Program-made: the position numbers and the translations under genes | From: Nemertoderma westbladi | Lineage: Eukaryota > Animalia > Xenacoelomorpha | NCBI GenBank assembly: GCA_032718475.1 | Contig: JAUCBJ010001029.1 | Location: forward strand, 1-64,000 | Reading direction: 5' to 3' | DNA: 64,000 bases | Notes under the pieces: model-generated | The model's input: only the letters and a program-made list of their open reading frames with translations | Databases searched by the model: none | Told to the model about the DNA's origin: nothing | Shown: positions 25,447 to 39,500 of the stretch, one piece after another | Layout of the letters: every line of letters begins with the position of its first letter | Position numbering within the stretch: position 1 is the stretch's first letter

Positions 25447-26799
25447 CACTTTAATGTATAGGCCTAGAACATCGATCTGTCTGCAGTCTGAACTGCTTTT
25501 TATCTGTTGTTTAATTAATGTATATTCTATTTTATATGTAGTGCAATGTATGATACTTAAACTTTCAGTATTACATGTACCGGTGTAAGACTGACTGTCC
25601 ACTTGTCCTTAACGGTACACTCTAATCTCACTGATATCGTATGGAAATTACCTACGACATAACCTAGAAATATGGCGTACCCTATAGAAATTAAATCTAA
25701 AATTTTGACGAACTGGCGTACAGTAACAATTTTCTAATACGCCACTTCGTCAAAATATTATTTACTAAAATAGATATACAGCGTATATTTTGTATCGCTG
25801 TATCTCTCGTTCCAATGCACTTATGGAGACGCCACTTCGTCAAAAGTTGGCTTTCACATTTATGACCTTAAATATCCAAAAAAAAAATTTCAGCAAGAAA
25901 TGGGGATACGCCAGTTCGTCAAAAGTTCGTCGAGTTGTTAGTCGGTGTTTCTCATTCTGCCAACTGCTCGTACTGTTTAGAATAATTATTGTAACACATT
26001 TATAATAATAATTAGTAATAATTAAATCGCAATAATATTAATATTCGAGGTTGCTAGATTGCACGCAATTATCGGTATTCTTGGTTTGTATTTATATAAT
26101 ATTCGTAATAATTTTCTATTGAATTAATATTAAAAAATATTACATGGAAAACAAATATGACTTTTTTCCGAAGGCCCGTACAATATAGGTATAAGGGGAA
26201 AATACTATTTGTTTTTTATCTTTATTTATGACATGTCATTCCTCAAAATTGACGTTTTCCTAAAAACAAGAAGTACAACCAACGAATTTACGGTAGCTGT
26301 TGCTGCGAACTCCAAAATACTCACACACCTTCCTGTTTCTTCAATTGTAATATATGGGGTCGACTAGAAGACCCTGGGGAACGCAGCTAATATCTTGGTG
26401 CCATTTTTGGAGAAATCTTCTTTTACTTTTGACACGTTGCAATCTATTGTGTACGGAAGCCTGAAACCCGCAAAACTGTCAAGGATAAAACATCAATAAA
26501 ACTTTGGTGAAATTAAATAAATTCCATTTTAAAATACCTTCGCACTTGATAGAAAACTGTAGTAGTTTTGGTAATTTTTGTTTTTCTACAGTATAATAGT
26601 TAGCTCATGTACCCATTGTTGGGTGACAGTTGTTCAACTGCTAAGAAACTGTTTAATTAATAACAGTACCGGTAGGGCCTTTAACAAATATTATCTAATT
26701 CATTTTTGGATATAAATTTTTTGGATATAATCGTGTTGAACTGAACCACGTTTATTAAAAGTATTATTAATTACAACACGTGTTTCATTTATGAATGGG

Positions 26800-27050
26800 A
26801 GAATCTTTTAGGCTCGTTAAGCCAAGGAATGCCTGTTCACCACCATGGGTGATCTTCCACAGTAAACCCTTCCACTCTGTTTCCCAAGTTGCCTTGGTTC
26901 CCATTTATCGACCACTGAAGGATGAAAGCCGGTGTTGGGCTAGGCTGCAGCATTTAAAGCACTGTGCCCAAACAGTGCTGCCCCATCTAGGGATCGAACC
27001 CGGGCTCCCTAATCGGAAGCACAGTAATGTCACCACTAGACCAAGCTGCT
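26800..27050 (-). mobile_element. tRNA-derived SINE with a Deu/Nin-like central domain
   Basis: Minus strand: A box TGGTCTAGTGG, B box GGTTCGATCCC, then GCTTTCATCCTTCAGTGGTCGATAAATGG. Confidence 0.65.
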
Positions 27051-27127
27051 GTTTCATTTATAAATAATTACTTAGAATCAACTTAATAAACCTACTGAGG
27101 TATTAGTTCAAAACGTGTGTAAATTAG

Positions 27128-27460
27128 CATTGTGTCAAGTACAATGAACACATCTCCAATCAGACTCAATACAACCTTGGAGGTGTTTCATTAGTCTCAC
27201 CTAGCTTGACACCTGAACGGAGCCGCCTCCGCTTTGCAGGACATTGCTTTCGCCGTGAGGCCAGTGCATAATCTTGTGCTTTGGCGGCCTCATGGAGTGA
27301 ATAAGCATGGTGGACAGCCCATGACATTCTTGAGACGCCTCAGAAAGGACACTGGCCTTGAAGATGCGAATGATCTAGCAAATGTCATGGGTGATAGGGA
27401 TTGGGTGATAAGGGATTAGTGGCGGTGCAACTTTGTCGACAAGCCGGCACAGCATCCTTA
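27128..27460 (+). mobile_element. RTE 3' fragment
   Basis: Similar to 2183-2500. Confidence 0.8.
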
Positions 27461-27890
27461 AAAAAAACTACTTCACAACTACAACTATTTCACTTTTCAC
27501 CCTCGAAAAATAACGAAAAACCGCCACTTTCTCTAAACATCTAAACTCTTTGAAAGCAAGTTTGGAGAGAGTTTTTGACCGGTTTTATATTTAACAGTCG
27601 AAGTCCACGCGATATAATGATGTTACCACTTTTGAGTCATCAGGTGGAGATATAATAGCGCATGGAGAACTCATAGCCGGATGCCGGAACCACAGCCAAC
27701 CCAGATTCGGCGCAGTATCAGACAGTGTGAAACAGTGAGCAGTGACAGTAATCTCTCTACAGTCTGACAGTAAATGCAACCTAACACCCGCCTATAGACA
27801 ATTGTTATTGTAGGTCCAAGAGCAGACCAGTTTTTAACGATAAAAGTATACTTGTCCCGGATTTATTAAAAACAGGTCTGCTCCTCAACG

Positions 27891-28139
27891 GAGACCTGGG
27901 GGGGGGGGGGGGGGGGTGGAAGAAAATCCCATCTTGGCGAATTAATATCCCGCCTCAATGTTAAATTATCATTTTAGGGAAAGGAGCAGGTTACAGTAGC
28001 ACGTTATTTTAACCACAATAATAAACTAAACACAATAGAACAGGTTACAGTTTTATTTTTGAGAGTAATCAGCTGTTATTTGAGTCGAAATTCCCCTGGA
28101 TAGGGATGAATTTTATTGCGTCCAGTTTCCCCCTATCTG
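27891..28139. mobile_element. MITE, uninterrupted copy, 8-bp TSD CCTCAACG
   Basis: TSD at 27883-27890 and 28140-28147; termini GAGAC..(G)n and (C)nTATCTG. Confidence 0.8.
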
Positions 28140-28601
28140 CCTCAACGTCATTTCCCTCTTTAATGTGTAAAATGGCATATTTCCACATTAAAGAGGGAAA
28201 TTTGAAATTGCCAAAGAGCAAATAAAAACTGTTTGTAAAGGACTTGTCTTTAAAAGCTTTGGCTGTTTGGTTAAGTCGGAAAAAGCCGCAGCCAAATAGT
28301 TTACCGGTAGTTATCCAAGTCATTGCATTAAGATTCAGTCGGAGGCGGTATCTGTCAGTCTGTTGTTGAGAAACCATTTCAATTGTTATATGAAATAAAC
28401 TCTTATGCTTATCAACCATTTATGGAATATTTTCGCGAATTGTGAAGGGTGATTACATACATACTGACATAGGCCTATACATAGGCTTACGAACTAGCCT
28501 ACTGAACTACTAATTAGACCCTGACAGCTTGAGTCTGAGAGCGGCAGACAACGTACATTATACTGTTAACTGGCACTTTGTTTTAACCCATAATCGGCAC
28601 A

Positions 28602-29809
28602 ATGATAACAGCGGACTGGCACCCTTTGGGGAATGTATACTACCGGAAACACGAGATTTATACGATGGATTGGTTGAACTCCGTGGACCTGGGCCGGGTA
28701 CGTGTGGCGGCTGCCGCATACGGGGGCCCCATAGCCACGGTTCGCTACGCCGAGTCCCGGACACCCACCGGCAAACCTTCGCTCGCGATATACTCAGCTT
28801 CCGGTTGCAAGATATCTGCCTTCCCGTGGACGTCCGGTAAACTCTTGGGGGTTTGTTGGACGTCCTCCGAGGAGCTCCTATGTCTGCAGACGGACGGAAC
28901 TGCCATCGTTTACGACATATACGGACACTGCGACGCGGATAAAATCTTCTCCTTGGGTTCGGACGTTAAGGAGCAGGGTGTTATCGACTGGTTGTCGTTC
29001 CGGACTGCTGTCGGCACCGGTTTGGTGGTGCTTACCGCTCGCTACCGGTTCTATCTGGTGAGCAGCTACGACCAACCCCGCACGCGCTCGCTGGCCGTGA
29101 TCCCTGATCTTGCGGCGCCCCCTAGCGCTTGGGCAGCCATCAACCACGGCGACGCGGTCCAACTGTTAGTCGCCCAGGACCGCCGACTCTTCATACTGCT
29201 GACCAATGGGGAGCTCGTGCGAACCGCTCTCCCTGGCGACATGGACGCGGATTTCGCGAGTTTCGTTTCGATCAGCGTTTCGTTCGACCAGAAACTCGTC
29301 GCTTTAATGACAGACACGGGGTTGTTGTTCGTCGTCTCCAGCGATTTACGGAAGTTGCAATGCGTGCGGTCACTCGGAAGGCCGGACGCCGGCCGGCCGA
29401 CGCAGATGCTCTGGTGCGGCGACGGGGCCGTGTTACTGTGCTGGGAGGATTTACTGCGGTTGGCGGGAACATCCGACGGGACTCTAGCACCGTCGGACGA
29501 CAACGTCGTCGAATTCAACACGGAGGGACCGACGTTCGCGTACCCCGAGCCGGACGGCGTGCGGTTACTGAGCAACGAGAGCCACGAGCTGCTGGAGCGA
29601 GTGGACCCAGCGGTGGACTCGGTGTTCCGGATCGGCTCGTTGTCCTCGGCCGCGGCGCTGTTTGAGGCGTCGCGATGCTACGAGCGACAGAGTCCCCGAG
29701 TAGACGAGTACATTAGGTTGGTTGGGGAGGATCTGGAGGCCGCGGTGCTGCAGTGTCTACGGGCGGCCGGGGCCGTCTGGGAGACCAGACTGCAACGACA
29801 GTTACTCAA
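28602..29809 (+). CDS. VPS16: Vacuolar protein sorting 16, first coding exon (N-terminal ~400 aa)
   Basis: TADWHPLG..YYRKHEIYTMDW, AAAYGGPIA, QMLWCG, PEPDGVRLLS, VFRIGS, QCLRAAG...QRQLLK; consensus donor AA|GTGAGT at 29810. Confidence 0.92.
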
Positions 29810-30526
29810 GTGAGTTACATTGAATATTCCAATGGGTGAGTTTTATTGGATTAATATACTCGTGGTGTTTTTATTCTGTGACGTCGATATTATGTCCCGT
29901 CAATATTTTGTACCTTAGATTTTTTTTGCACTCCACTGTCCCTCAATCTCATGGAGTTGGCCATCACCTAACCTTTACTAATTTTGGTAACAATTAGTTT
30001 ATCTACATAACTATCAGACTATTAATTTAATATATATTTTTTAAGTATAGTTACATCCCCAATCGCAATCGGGATAAATTATAATTGATATTATCTAAGT
30101 TAATTATAACACAATAATTACTACAATAACCATACTGAATTAATACCATATGGACTATTAAAATATGCAAAGATATAAAACACTAATGTTAAATGAAATA
30201 TTGTTTAAAATGAAATAGATATAAACATAAAAACATTGTATAGGCATTCAATGTAAATATTAATATTAATTTGTTGCATGGCATGATTGACGAACCTTAA
30301 AACCTTTATTAATTTAATATTGTGGCGAGTCACCTAGAAAAGCGGGTTAACAGGTCAAAATCACCTTTCGAGAAATACAAAGTAAAGATTTAGAAGTTTA
30401 AATGGGGGTCACTAATTCCTTAAGAACGGTTGATTTTTCATTCGTGGTGCAGATTTTTATGAGGATTTCAAAACTTCCAACCGTTTGTTAACAGCTAATG
30501 TAGTTTACAAGTTATGAGTGATAATA

Positions 30527-33500
30527 TTATCCTTAATCTATGTAAGTATCCTTACTATGTATCCTTACTCTATGTAAGTATCCTTACTATGTATCCTTAC
30601 TCTATGTAAGTATCCTTACTATGTATCCTTACTCTATGTAAGTATCCTTACTATGTATCCTTACTCTATGTAAGTATCCTTACTATGTATCCTTACTCTA
30701 TGTAAGAATCCTTACTCTATTTAAGTATCCTTACTATGTATCCTTACTCTATGTAAGTATCCTTAATCTATGTAAGTATCCTTACTATGTATTCTTACTA
30801 TGTATCCTCATTCTATGTAAGTATCCTTACTATGTATCCTCATTTTATGTAAGTATCCTTACTATGTATCCTTACTATGTATCCTTACTCTATGTAAGTA
30901 TCCTTACTATGTATCCTTACTCTATGTAAGTATCCTTACTATGTATCCTTACTCTATGTAAGTATCCTTACTATGTATCCTTACTATGTATCCTTACTAA
31001 GTATCCTTACTATGTATCCTTAATCTATGTAAGTATCCTTACTATGTATCCTTACTCTATGTAAGTATCCTTACTATGTATCCTTACTATGTATCATTAC
31101 TATGTATCCTTACTATGTATCCTTACTCATGTAAGTATCCTTACTATGTATCCTTACTCTATGTAAGTGTCCTTACTATGTATCCTTACTCTATGTAAGT
31201 ATCCTTACTATGTATCCTTACTATGTATCCTTACTCTATGTAAGTATCCTTACTATGTATCCTCATTCTATGTAAGTATCCTTACTATGTATCCTTACTA
31301 TGTATCCTTACTCTATGTAAGTATCCTTACTATGTATCCTTACTCTATGTAAGTATCCTTACTATGTATCCTTACTCTATGTAAGTATCCTTACTATGTA
31401 TCCTTACTCTATGTAAGTATCCTTACTATGTATCCTTACTCTATGTAAGTATCCTTACTATGTATCCTTACTCTATGTAAGTATCCTTACTATGTATCCT
31501 TACTCTATGTATGTATCCTTACTATGTATCCTTACTCTATGTAAGTATCCTTACTATGTATCCTTACTTTATGTATGTATCCTTACTATGTTTCCTTACT
31601 CTATGTAAGTATCCTTACTATGTATCCTTACTATGTATCCTTACTATATATCCTTACTATGTATCCTTACTATGTATCCTTACTATGTATCCTTACCATG
31701 TATCCTTACTATGTATCCTTACCATGTATCCTTACTATGTATCCTTACTCTATGTAAGTATCCTTACTATGTATCCTTACTCTATGTATGTATCCTTACT
31801 ATGTATCCTTACTCTATGTAAGTATCCTTACTATGTATCCTTACTATGTATCCTTACTATGTATCCTTACTATGTATCCTTACTATGTATCCTTACTATG
31901 TATCCTTACCATGTATCCTTACTATGTATCCTTACTCTATGTAAGTATCCTTACTATGTATCCTTACTATGTATCCTTACTATGTATCCTTACCATGTAT
32001 CCTTACTATGTATCCTTACTCTATGTAAGTATCCTTACTATGTATCCTTACTCTACTGTATGTAAGTATCCTTACTATGTATCCTTACTCTACTGTATGT
32101 AAGTATCCTTACTATGTATCCTTACTATGTATCCTTACTATGTATCCTTACTCTACTGTATGTAAGTATCCTTACTATGTATCCTTGCTATGTATCCTTA
32201 TTATGTATCCTTATTATGTATCCTTACTATGTATCCTTACTATGTATCCTTACTATGTATCCTTACTATGTATCCTTATTATGTATCCTTACTATGTATC
32301 CTTACTATGTATCCTTACTATGTATCCTTACTATGTATCCTTACTATGTATCCTTACTATGTATCCTTACTCTATGTAAGTATCCATGTAAGTATCCTTA
32401 CTATGTATCCTTACTCTACTGTATGTAAGTATCCTTGCTATGTATCCTTGCTATGTATCCTTACTATGTATCCTTACTATGTATCCTTACTATGTATCCT
32501 TACTCTATGTAAGTATCCTTACTATGTATCCTTACTCTATGTAAGTATCCTTACTATGTATCCTTACTCTATGTAAGTATCCTTACTATGTATCCTTACT
32601 CTATGTAAGTATCCTTACTATGTATCCTTACTCTATGTAAGTATCCTTACTATGTATCCTTGCTATGTATCATTACTATGTATCCTTACTATGTATCCTT
32701 ACTATGTATTCTTACTATGTGTCCTTACTCTATGTAAGTATCCTTACTATGTATCCTTACTCTATGTAAGTATCCTTACTATGTATCCTTACTCTATGTA
32801 AGTATCCTTACTATGTATCCTTACTCTATGTAAGTATCCTTACTATGTATCCTTGCTATGTATCATTACTATGTATCCTTACTATGTAGTATGTATCCTT
32901 ACTATGTATTCTTACTATGTGTCCTTACTCTATGTAAGTATCCTTACTATGTATCCTTACTCTATGTAAGTATCCTTATTATGTATCCTTATTATGTATC
33001 CTTACTATGTATCCTTACTATGTATCCTTACTATGTATCCTTACTATGTATCCTTATTATGTATCCTTACTATGTATCCTTACTATGTATCCTTACTATG
33101 TATCCTTACTATGTATCCTTACTATGTATCCTTACTATGTATCCTTACTCTATGTAAGTATCCATGTAAGTATCCTTACTATGTATCCTTACTCTACTGT
33201 ATGTAAGTATCCTTGCTATGTATCCTTGCTATGTATCCTTACTATGTATCCTTACTATGTATCCTTACTATGTATCCTTACTCTATGTAAGTATCCTTAC
33301 TATGTATCCTTACTCTATGTAAGTATCCTTACTATGTATCCTTACTCTATGTAAGTATCCTTACTATGTATCCTTACTCTATGTAAGTATCCTTACTATG
33401 TATCCTTACTCTATGTAAGTATCCTTACTATGTATCCTTGCTATGTATCATTACTATGTATCCTTACTATGTATCCTTACTATGTATTCTTACTATGTGT

Positions 33501-36500
33501 CCTTACTCTATGTAAGTATCCTTACTATGTATCCTTACTCTATGTAAGTATCCTTACTATGTATCCTTACTCTATGTAAGTATCCTTACTATGTATCCTT
33601 ACTCTATGTAAGTATCCTTACTATGTATCCTTGCTATGTATCATTACTATGTATCCTTACTATGTAGTATGTATCCTTACTATGTATTCTTACTATGTGT
33701 CCTTACTCTATGTAAGTATCCTTACTATGTATCCTTACTCTATGTAAGTATCCTTACTATGTATCCTTACTCTATTAAGTATCCTTACTATGTATCCTTA
33801 CTATGTATCCTTACTCTATGTAAGTATCCTTACTATGTATCCTTATTCTATGTAAGTATCCTTACTATGTATCCTTACTCTATGTAAGTATCCTTACTAT
33901 GTATCCTTACTATGTATCCTTACTCTATGTAAGTATCCTTACTATGTATCCTTACTATGTATCCTTACTATGTATCCTTACTCTATGTAAGTATCCTTAC
34001 TATGTATCCTTACTCTATGTAAGTATCCTTACTATGTATCCTTACTCTATGTAAGTATCCTTACTATGTATCCTTACTCTATGTAAGTATCCTTACTATG
34101 TATCCTTACTCTATGTAAGTATCCTTACTATGTATCCTTACTCTATGTAAGTATCCTTACTATGTATCCTTACTCTATGTAAGTATCCTTACTATGTATC
34201 CTTACTCTATGTATGTATCCTTACTATGTATCCTTACTCTATGTAAGTATCCTTACTATGTATCCTTACTATGTATCCTTACTCTATGTAAGTATCCTTA
34301 CTATGTATCCTTACTCTATGTAAGTATCCTTACTATGTATCCTTACTCTATGTAAGTATCCTTACTATGTATCCTTACTCTATGTAAGTATCCTTACTAT
34401 GTATCCTTACTCTATGTAAGTATCCTTACTATGTATCCTTACTCTATGTAAGTATCCTTACTATGTATCCTTACTATGTATCCTTACTCTATGTAAGTAT
34501 CCTTACTATGTATCCTTACTCTATGTAAGTATCCTTACTATGTATCCTTACTCTATGTAAGTATCCTTACTATGTATCCTTACTATGTATCCTTACTCTA
34601 TGTAAGTATCCTTACTATGTATCCTTATCCTTACTCTATGTAAGTATCCTTACTATGTATCCTTACTCTATGTAAGTATCCTTACTATGTGTCCTTACTC
34701 TATGTAAGTATCCTTACTATGTATCCTTACTCTATGTAAGTATCCTTACTATGTATCCTTACTATGTATCCTTACTATGTATCCTTACTCTATGTAAGTA
34801 TCCTTACTATGTATCCTTACTCTATTTAAGTATCCTTACTATGTATCCTTACTATGTATCCTTACTCTATGTAAGTATCCTTACTATGTATCCTTACTCT
34901 ATGTAAGTATCCTTACTATGTATCCTTCCTTACTCTATGCAAGTATCCTTACTATGTATCCTTACTCTATGTAAGTATCCTTACCATGTATCCTTACTCT
35001 ATGCAAGTATCCTTACTATGTATCCTTGCTATGTATATATCCTTACTATGTATCCTTACTATGTATCCTTGCTATGTATCCTTACTATGTATCCTTTCTA
35101 TGTATCCTTACTATGTATCCTTACTCTATGTAAGTATCCTTACTATGTATCCTTACTCTATGTAAGTATCCTTACTATGTATCCTTACTCTATGTAAGTA
35201 TCCTTACTATGTATCCTTACTCTATGTAAGTATCTTTACTATGTATCCTTACTCTATTTAAGTATCCTTACTATGTATCCTTACTCTATTTAAGTATCCT
35301 TACTATGTATCCTTACTCTATGTAAGTATCCTTACTATGTATCCTTACTCTATGTAAGTATCCTTACTATGTATCCTTACTCTATTTAAGTATCCTTACC
35401 ATGTATCCTTACTATGTATCCTTACTATGTATCCTTACTATGTATCCTTACTCTATTTAAGTATCCTTACTATGTATCCTTACTCTATTTAAGTATCCTT
35501 ACTATGTATCCTTATTCCTTACTCTATGTAAGTATCCTTACTATGTATCCTTACTATGTATCCTTACTCTATGTAAGTATCCTTACTATGTATCCTTATT
35601 CTATGTAAGTATCCTTACTATGTATCCTTACTATGTATCCTTACTCTATGTAAGTATCCTTACTATGTATCCTTACTATGTATCCTTACTCTATGTAAGT
35701 ATCCTTACTCTATGTAAGTATCCTTACTATGTATCCTTACTATGTATCCTTACTATGTATCCTTACTATGTATCCTTACTCTATGTAAGTATCCTTACTA
35801 TGTATCCTTACTCTATGTATGTTTCCTTACTATGTATCCTTACTCTATGTAAGTATCCTTACTATGTATCCTTACTATGTATCCTTACTCTATGTAAGTA
35901 TCCTTACTATGTATCCTTACTCTATGTAAGTATCCTTACTATGTATCCTTACTCTATGTAAGTATCCTTACTATGTATCCTTACTATGTATCCTTACTAT
36001 GTATCCTTACTATGTATCCTTACTATGTATCCTTACTATGTATCCTTACTATGTATCCTTACCATGTATCCTTACTATGTATCCTTACTCTATGTAAGTA
36101 TCCTTACTATGTATCCTTACTCTACTGTATGTAAGTATCCTTACTATGTATCCTTACTCTATGTATGTATCCTTACTATGTATCCTTACTCTATGTAAGT
36201 ATCCTTACTATGTATCCTTACTATGTATCCTTACTATGTATCCTTACTATGTATCCTTACCATGTATCCTTACTATGTATCCTTACTCTATGTAAGTATC
36301 CTTACTATGTATCCTTACTCTACTGTATGTAAGTATCCTTACTATGTATCCTTACTCTATGTAAGTATCCTTACTATGTATCCTTACTCTATGTAAGTAT
36401 CCTTACTATGTATCCTTACTCTATGTAAGTATCCTTACTATGTATCCTTACTATGTATCCTTACTATGTATCCTTACCATGTATCCTTACTATGTATCCT

Positions 36501-39500
36501 TACTCTATGTAAGTATCCTTACTATGTATCCTTACTCTACTGTATGTAAGTATCCTTACTATGTATCCTTACTCTACTGTATGTAAGTATCCTTACTATG
36601 TATCCTTACTATGTATCCTTACTCTACTGTATGTAAGTATCCTTACTATGTATCCTTGCTATGTATCCTTACTATGTATCCTTACTATGTATCCTTACTA
36701 TGTATCCTTACTATGTATCCTTACTATGTATCCTTACTATGTATCCTTACTATGTATCCTTACTCTATGTAAGTATCCATGTAAGTATCCTTACTATGTA
36801 TCCTTACTCTACTGTATGTAAGTATCCTTGCTATGTATCCTTGCTATGTATCCTTACTATGTATCCTTACTATGTATCCTTACTATGTATCCTTACTCTA
36901 TGTAAGTATCCTTACTATGTATCCTTACTCTATGTAAGTATCCTTACTATGTATCCTTACTCTATGTAAGTATCCTTACTATGTATCCTTACTCTATGTA
37001 AGTATCCTTACTATGTATCCTTGCTATGTATGTATCATTACTATGTATCCTTACTATGTATCCTTACTATGTATCCTTACTATGTATTCTTACTATGTGT
37101 CCTTACTCTATGTAAGTATCCTTACTATGTATCCTTACTCTATGTATGTATCCTTACTATGTTTCCTTACTCTATGTAAGTATCCTTACTATGTATCCTT
37201 ACTATGTATCCTTACTATATATCCTTACTATGTATCCTTACTATGTATCCTTACTATGTATCCTTACCATGTATCCTTACTATGTATCCTTACCATGTAT
37301 CCTTACTATGTATCCTTACTCTATGTAAGTATCCTTACTATGTATCCTTACTCTATGTATGTATCCTTACTATGTATCCTTACTCTATGTAAGTATCCTT
37401 ACTATGTATCCTTACTATGTATCCTTACTATGTATCCTTACTATGTATCCTTACTATGTATCCTTACTATGTATCCTTACCATGTATCCTTACTATGTAT
37501 CCTTACTCTATGTAAGTATCCTTACTATGTATCCTTACTCTATGTAAGTATCCTTACTATGTATCCTTACTCTATTTAAGTATCCTTACCATGTATCCTT
37601 ACTATGTATCCTTACTATGTATCCTTACTATGTATCCTTACTCTATTTAAGTATCCTTACTATGTATCCTTACTCTATTTAAGTATCCTTACTATGTATC
37701 CTTATTCCTTACTCTATGTAAGTATCCTTACTATGTATCCTTACTATGTATCCTTACTCTATGTAAGTATCCTTACTATGTATCCTTATTCTATGTAAGT
37801 ATCCTTACTATGTATCCTTACTATGTATCCTTACTCTATGTAAGTATCCTTACTATGTATCCTTACTATGTATCCTTACTCTATGTAAGTATCCTTACTC
37901 TATGTAAGTATCCTTACTATGTATCCTTACTATGTATCCTTACTATGTATCCTTACTATGTATCCTTACTCTATGTAAGTATCCTTACTATGTATCCTTA
38001 CTCTATGTATGTTTCCTTACTATGTATCCTTACTCTATGTAAGTATCCTTACTATGTATCCTTACTATGTATCCTTACTCTATGTAAGTATCCTTACTAT
38101 GTATCCTTACTCTATGTAAGTATCCTTACTATGTATCCTTACTCTATGTAAGTATCCTTACTATGTATCCTTACTATGTATCCTTACTATGTATCCTTAC
38201 TATGTATCCTTACTATGTATCCTTACTATGTATCCTTACTATGTATCCTTACCATGTATCCTTACTATGTATCCTTACTCTATGTAAGTATCCTTACTAT
38301 GTATCCTTACTCTACTGTATGTAAGTATCCTTACTATGTATCCTTACTCTATGTATGTATCCTTACTATGTATCCTTACTCTATGTAAGTATCCTTACTA
38401 TGTATCCTTACTATGTATCCTTACTATGTATCCTTACTATGTATCCTTACCATGTATCCTTACTATGTATCCTTACTCTATGTAAGTATCCTTACTATGT
38501 ATCCTTACTCTACTGTATGTAAGTATCCTTACTATGTATCCTTACTCTATGTAAGTATCCTTACTATGTATCCTTACTCTATGTAAGTATCCTTACTATG
38601 TATCCTTACTCTATGTAAGTATCCTTACTATGTATCCTTACTATGTATCCTTACTATGTATCCTTACCATGTATCCTTACTATGTATCCTTACTCTATGT
38701 AAGTATCCTTACTATGTATCCTTACTCTACTGTATGTAAGTATCCTTACTATGTATCCTTACTCTACTGTATGTAAGTATCCTTACTATGTATCCTTACT
38801 ATGTATCCTTACTCTACTGTATGTAAGTATCCTTACTATGTATCCTTAGCTCTATGTATCCTTACTATGTATCCTTACTATGTATCCTTACTATGTATCC
38901 TTACTATGTATCCTTACTATGTATCCTTACTATGTATCCTTACTCTATGTAAGTATCCATGTAAGTATCCTTACTATGTATCCTTACTCTACTGTATGTA
39001 AGTATCCTTGCTATGTATCCTTGCTATGTATCCTTACTATGTATCCTTACTATGTATCCTTACTATGTATCCTTACTCTATGTAAGTATCCTTACTATGT
39101 ATCCTTACTCTATGTAAGTATCCTTACTATGTATCCTTACTCTATGTAAGTATCCTTACTATGTATCCTTACTCTATGTAAGTATCCTTACTATGTATCC
39201 TTGCTATGTATGTATCATTACTATGTATCCTTACTATGTATCCTTACTATGTATCCTTACTATGTATTCTTACTATGTGTCCTTACTCTATGTAAGTATC
39301 CTTACTATGTATCCTTACTCTATGTATGTATCCTTACTATGTTTCCTTACTCTATGTAAGTATCCTTACTATGTATCCTTACTATGTATCCTTACTATAT
39401 ATCCTTACTATGTATCCTTACTATGTATCCTTACTATGTATCCTTACCATGTATCCTTACTATGTATCCTTACCATGTATCCTTACTATGTATCCTTACT

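Larger units (their letters stand above)
21262..25932 (-). mobile_element. Sola-superfamily (probably Sola1) DNA transposon, full length
   Basis: 28-bp TIRs (21262-21289 and 25905-25932, one mismatch); 4-bp TSD AGTT on both sides; subterminal copies of CGCCA(G/C)TTCGTCAAAA at ~21483, 25703, 25740 and 25830. Confidence 0.8.

Noticed and set aside
24110-25588. 492-aa mucin-like P/S/T ORF on the + strand
   Set aside because: Antisense shadow of the in-frame transposase minisatellite; no independent evidence.
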